32,568 bases of DNA from Solirubrobacterales bacterium (GTDB lineage Bacteria; Actinomycetota; Thermoleophilia; Solirubrobacterales; 70-9): the NCBI GenBank assembly GCA_035703345.1, contig DASSYK010000012.1:1-32568 (forward strand). Direction: 5' to 3'. The translations under genes and the position numbers were made by a program. This document shows, piece by piece, positions 31,239-32,568 of this stretch. Below the pieces are notes generated by a model. The model saw nothing but the letters and a program-made list of their open reading frames with translations. It did no database searches and was not told the DNA's origin. The number at the start of each line of letters is the position of its first letter. Positions within the stretch are counted from its first letter, which is position 1.

Positions 31239-31481
31239 TTAGAACGGAGCCTTGGACCTGCCCTCGCGCCCCTTGGCACCGCTCTTGCCGACGGCCTTGC
31301 GCGACTTCGAGAAGGGCTTCGAGAGCCACTCGCCGAGCTTGCCCGGCGCGCTGGATCCCGCTCGCTGGCCCACTTGCAGCGGCTTGTCGCCCGCCTTCTG
31401 GAAGTGGCGCGAGAGCCGCGGCGCCAGGAAGGCCAGCACCAGCAGGACGATGCAGAATGCGATCACGGCTAGAAGTGTCAT
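31239..31481 (-). CDS. Small membrane protein with one N-terminal TM helix and a basic tail (80 aa)
   Basis: MTLLAVIAFCIVLLVLAFLAP followed by a Lys/Gly/Ser-rich tail, ending in a TAA stop. No clear SD. Confidence 0.5.
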   Translation of the reverse strand: MTLLAVIAFCIVLLVLAFLAPRLSRHFQKAGDKPLQVGQRAGSSAPGKLGEWLSKPFSKSRKAVGKSGAKGREGRSKAPF

Positions 31482-31518
31482 GGCCGTTGATTACCCGGGC
31501 CGCCGCCTTTCACACCTC

Positions 31519-31538
31519 ATGAAAGTGGGCTCTTTCAT
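31519..31538. promoter_or_regulatory. Operator-like palindrome ATGAAAG-N6-CTTTCAT
   Basis: A perfect 7-bp inverted repeat, with a third half-site CTTTCA at 31507..31512. It lies in the divergent promoter region between the small membrane protein gene and imuB. Confidence 0.3.
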
Positions 31539-31579
31539 CGAGTTCTTCGCGGAAGCCTTGACTGTGCGGGAGTCCTATA

Positions 31580-31593
31580 CGAACATATGTTCG
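31580..31593. promoter_or_regulatory. LexA (SOS/Cheo) box CGAACATATGTTCG
   Basis: A perfect 14-bp palindrome that matches the Gram-positive/actinobacterial GAAC-N4-GTTC LexA operator. It directly abuts the imuB ATG. A -35-like TTGACT lies at 31558..31563. Confidence 0.75.
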
Positions 31594-32568
31594 ATGACGG
31601 TCGCATGCGCCCTCGCCCCTCGCTTCAGGCTCCTGACGGCGCTGGGCGAGCGGCGGGAGTTGCTCCGCCGGCCGGCCGCCCTCGCACCCGAGCCCGGCGC
31701 GGCGCAGCTGATCGGGGAGGTCTCCCCCGCCGCCGAGCGCTTCGAGCTGCGAGCGGGGATGCGCCTCGGCGAGGCGCTCTCGCGCTGCCCCGAGCTGCTG
31801 CTGGTGCCGCCCGATTCCGAGCGCGCCGAGCGCGCGTGGGAGGGCGCCGTGCGCGGGCTGGAGGAGATCGGCGCCGAGGTGGAGTCCGAGCGGCCCGGTG
31901 AGGCCTTCTTCGAGGCCGAGGGGCTGCGCCGCCTCTGGGGCGGGATCGACGGCGTCCTGGACCGCGCCCGCCGCGCTCCGCGGATGCCGGTGCGGCTGGC
32001 GGTCGCGCCCGGGCGCTTCTGCGCCTACGCGGCCGCCCGCCGGGCCCGGCCCCGCTGGCGCCCTCCGGTGGTGCCCGCCGACGGGGCCCGCCGCTTCCTC
32101 GCCCCGCTCCCGATCGCCCTGCTGCACGGCCGCCTCCGCCGGCCGCGCTCGCCCGCGCTCGCCGACGAGATCGAGCCCGACGACCTCCCCAACGAGCTCG
32201 AGCGCCTCGGTGTCGCGACCCTCGGCAGGCTGGCCGAGCTCCCGCGCGGCGCGGTCGCCGACCGCTTCGGCGAGGGCGGCCTGCGCGCCCTGCGCCTCGC
32301 CCGGGGGTCCGACGAGCCGCTGCGCCCGCGCCGCCCCCACCAGGAGCTGGCGGTCGAGCTCGAGCTGCCCGACGCCTCCTCCGGCCAGCAGCTCGAGCGC
32401 GCCCTGGAGCTCCTGATCTCGCGCCTGCTCGCCCACCCCGAGCGCCGCGGGCGCACGCTGCGGGCGCTGCGCCTCTCCGCCCGGCTGGCGGCCGGCGGCG
32501 GCTGGAGCCGCAGGGCGACGCTCCGCAGCGCCGCCTCCGACCGCGGCCGGCTCTCCGACCTGCTGACG
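31594..32568 (+). CDS. imuB: ImuB-like Y-family DNA polymerase homologue, 5' partial (325 codons, runs off the window)
   Basis: This open frame is absent from the supplied track because it has no stop inside the window. It translates as MTVACALAPRFRLLTALGE...RAGMRLGEALSRCPELLLVPPD...EAFFEAEGLRRLWGG...RFLAPLPIALL...ELERLGVATLGRLAELP. This is a Y-family palm/fingers/little-finger layout that lacks the DMD catalytic acidic motif, as in ImuB. Confidence 0.7.
   Translation, partial: MTVACALAPRFRLLTALGERRELLRRPAALAPEPGAAQLIGEVSPAAERFELRAGMRLGEALSRCPELLLVPPDSERAERAWEGAVRGLEEIGAEVESERPGEAFFEAEGLRRLWGGIDGVLDRARRAPRMPVRLAVAPGRFCAYAAARRARPRWRPPVVPADGARRFLAPLPIALLHGRLRRPRSPALADEIEPDDLPNELERLGVATLGRLAELPRGAVADRFGEGGLRALRLARGSDEPLRPRRPHQELAVELELPDASSGQQLERALELLISRLLAHPERRGRTLRALRLSARLAAGGGWSRRATLRSAASDRGRLSDLLT

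Noticed and set aside
31491-31538. A 15-codon upstream ORF on the minus strand (ATG AAA GAG CCC ACT TTC ATG AGG TGT GAA AGG CGG CGG CCC GGG TAA) that ends 10 nt before the small membrane protein gene.
   Set aside because: It has no SD and no evidence of conservation, and it coincides with the ATGAAAG/CTTTCAT palindrome, which explains the ATG by itself. It is kept only as a note within the palindrome finding.
1-32568. Mobile elements, prophage or defence islands, CRISPR arrays, and rRNA or tRNA genes.
   Set aside because: No transposase, integrase or recombinase-like ORFs, terminal inverted repeats, repeat-spacer arrays or tRNA-like sequences were seen. Gene content and compositional uniformity point to core chromosome. 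The only clearly atypical composition is in the short non-coding stretches reported in the findings.

Overview
The window is very GC-rich (about 70% by eye) and densely coding. It looks like the chromosomal core of an Actinomycetota-like bacterium, and the gene content hints at a deep-branching Thermoleophilia/Rubrobacteria-type lineage, but that is inference only. About 43 genes are supported, and nearly all are on the minus strand. Read in the minus-strand direction of transcription (high to low coordinates), they fall into these blocks:

- **Small-protein/GST operon (31481-29402):** a small membrane protein, a small charged protein, GST, a metallophosphoesterase and a lipoprotein.
- **murA**, followed by a tightly coupled histidine operon hisZ-hisG-hisD-hisB-hisH-hisA-doxX-(NTF2 remnant)-hisF.
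- **CCA-type nucleotidyltransferase**, followed by the division-cluster tail pgeF-yggS-sepF-proC-yggT-lspA-rluD.
- **Conserved block** rpsB-tsf-pyrH-frr-uppS-cdsA.
- **Two unknown envelope proteins**, then dxr-rseP, fadD and a SnoaL-like gene.

The plus-strand genes are a PQQ-like beta-propeller, an HD hydrolase, a membrane-anchored alpha/beta hydrolase, an isocitrate/isopropylmalate-dehydrogenase-family gene, and a 5' partial imuB-like gene that runs off the right edge behind a perfect LexA (SOS) box.

I saw no rRNA, tRNA, CRISPR array, transposase or integrase.

The most interesting non-housekeeping signal is a 317-nt, lower-GC non-coding island at 27649-27965. It carries a near-consensus promoter (TTGACG-N17-TAGATT), four back-to-back hairpins that each have a GNRA loop, and a canonical terminator. 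Together these predict an orphan sRNA of about 110 nt that I cannot assign to any family. It lies next to a small protein with two CxxC...CxxxH repeats.

Other points worth a second look:

- A structured leader upstream of hisZ that sequesters the SD and has T-box-like features.
- An internally deleted NTF2-fold pseudogene embedded in the his operon.
- MurA with Asp at the fosfomycin-target Cys position.
- A 24-bp divergent murA/HD intergenic region that implies leaderless transcripts.
- A 123-aa charged tail on ribosomal protein S2.

All product calls come from motif recognition by eye. No database search was run. Start codons were chosen from ATGA/GTGA/TTGA stop-start overlaps and SD-like sequences, and many differ from the longest-ORF track.
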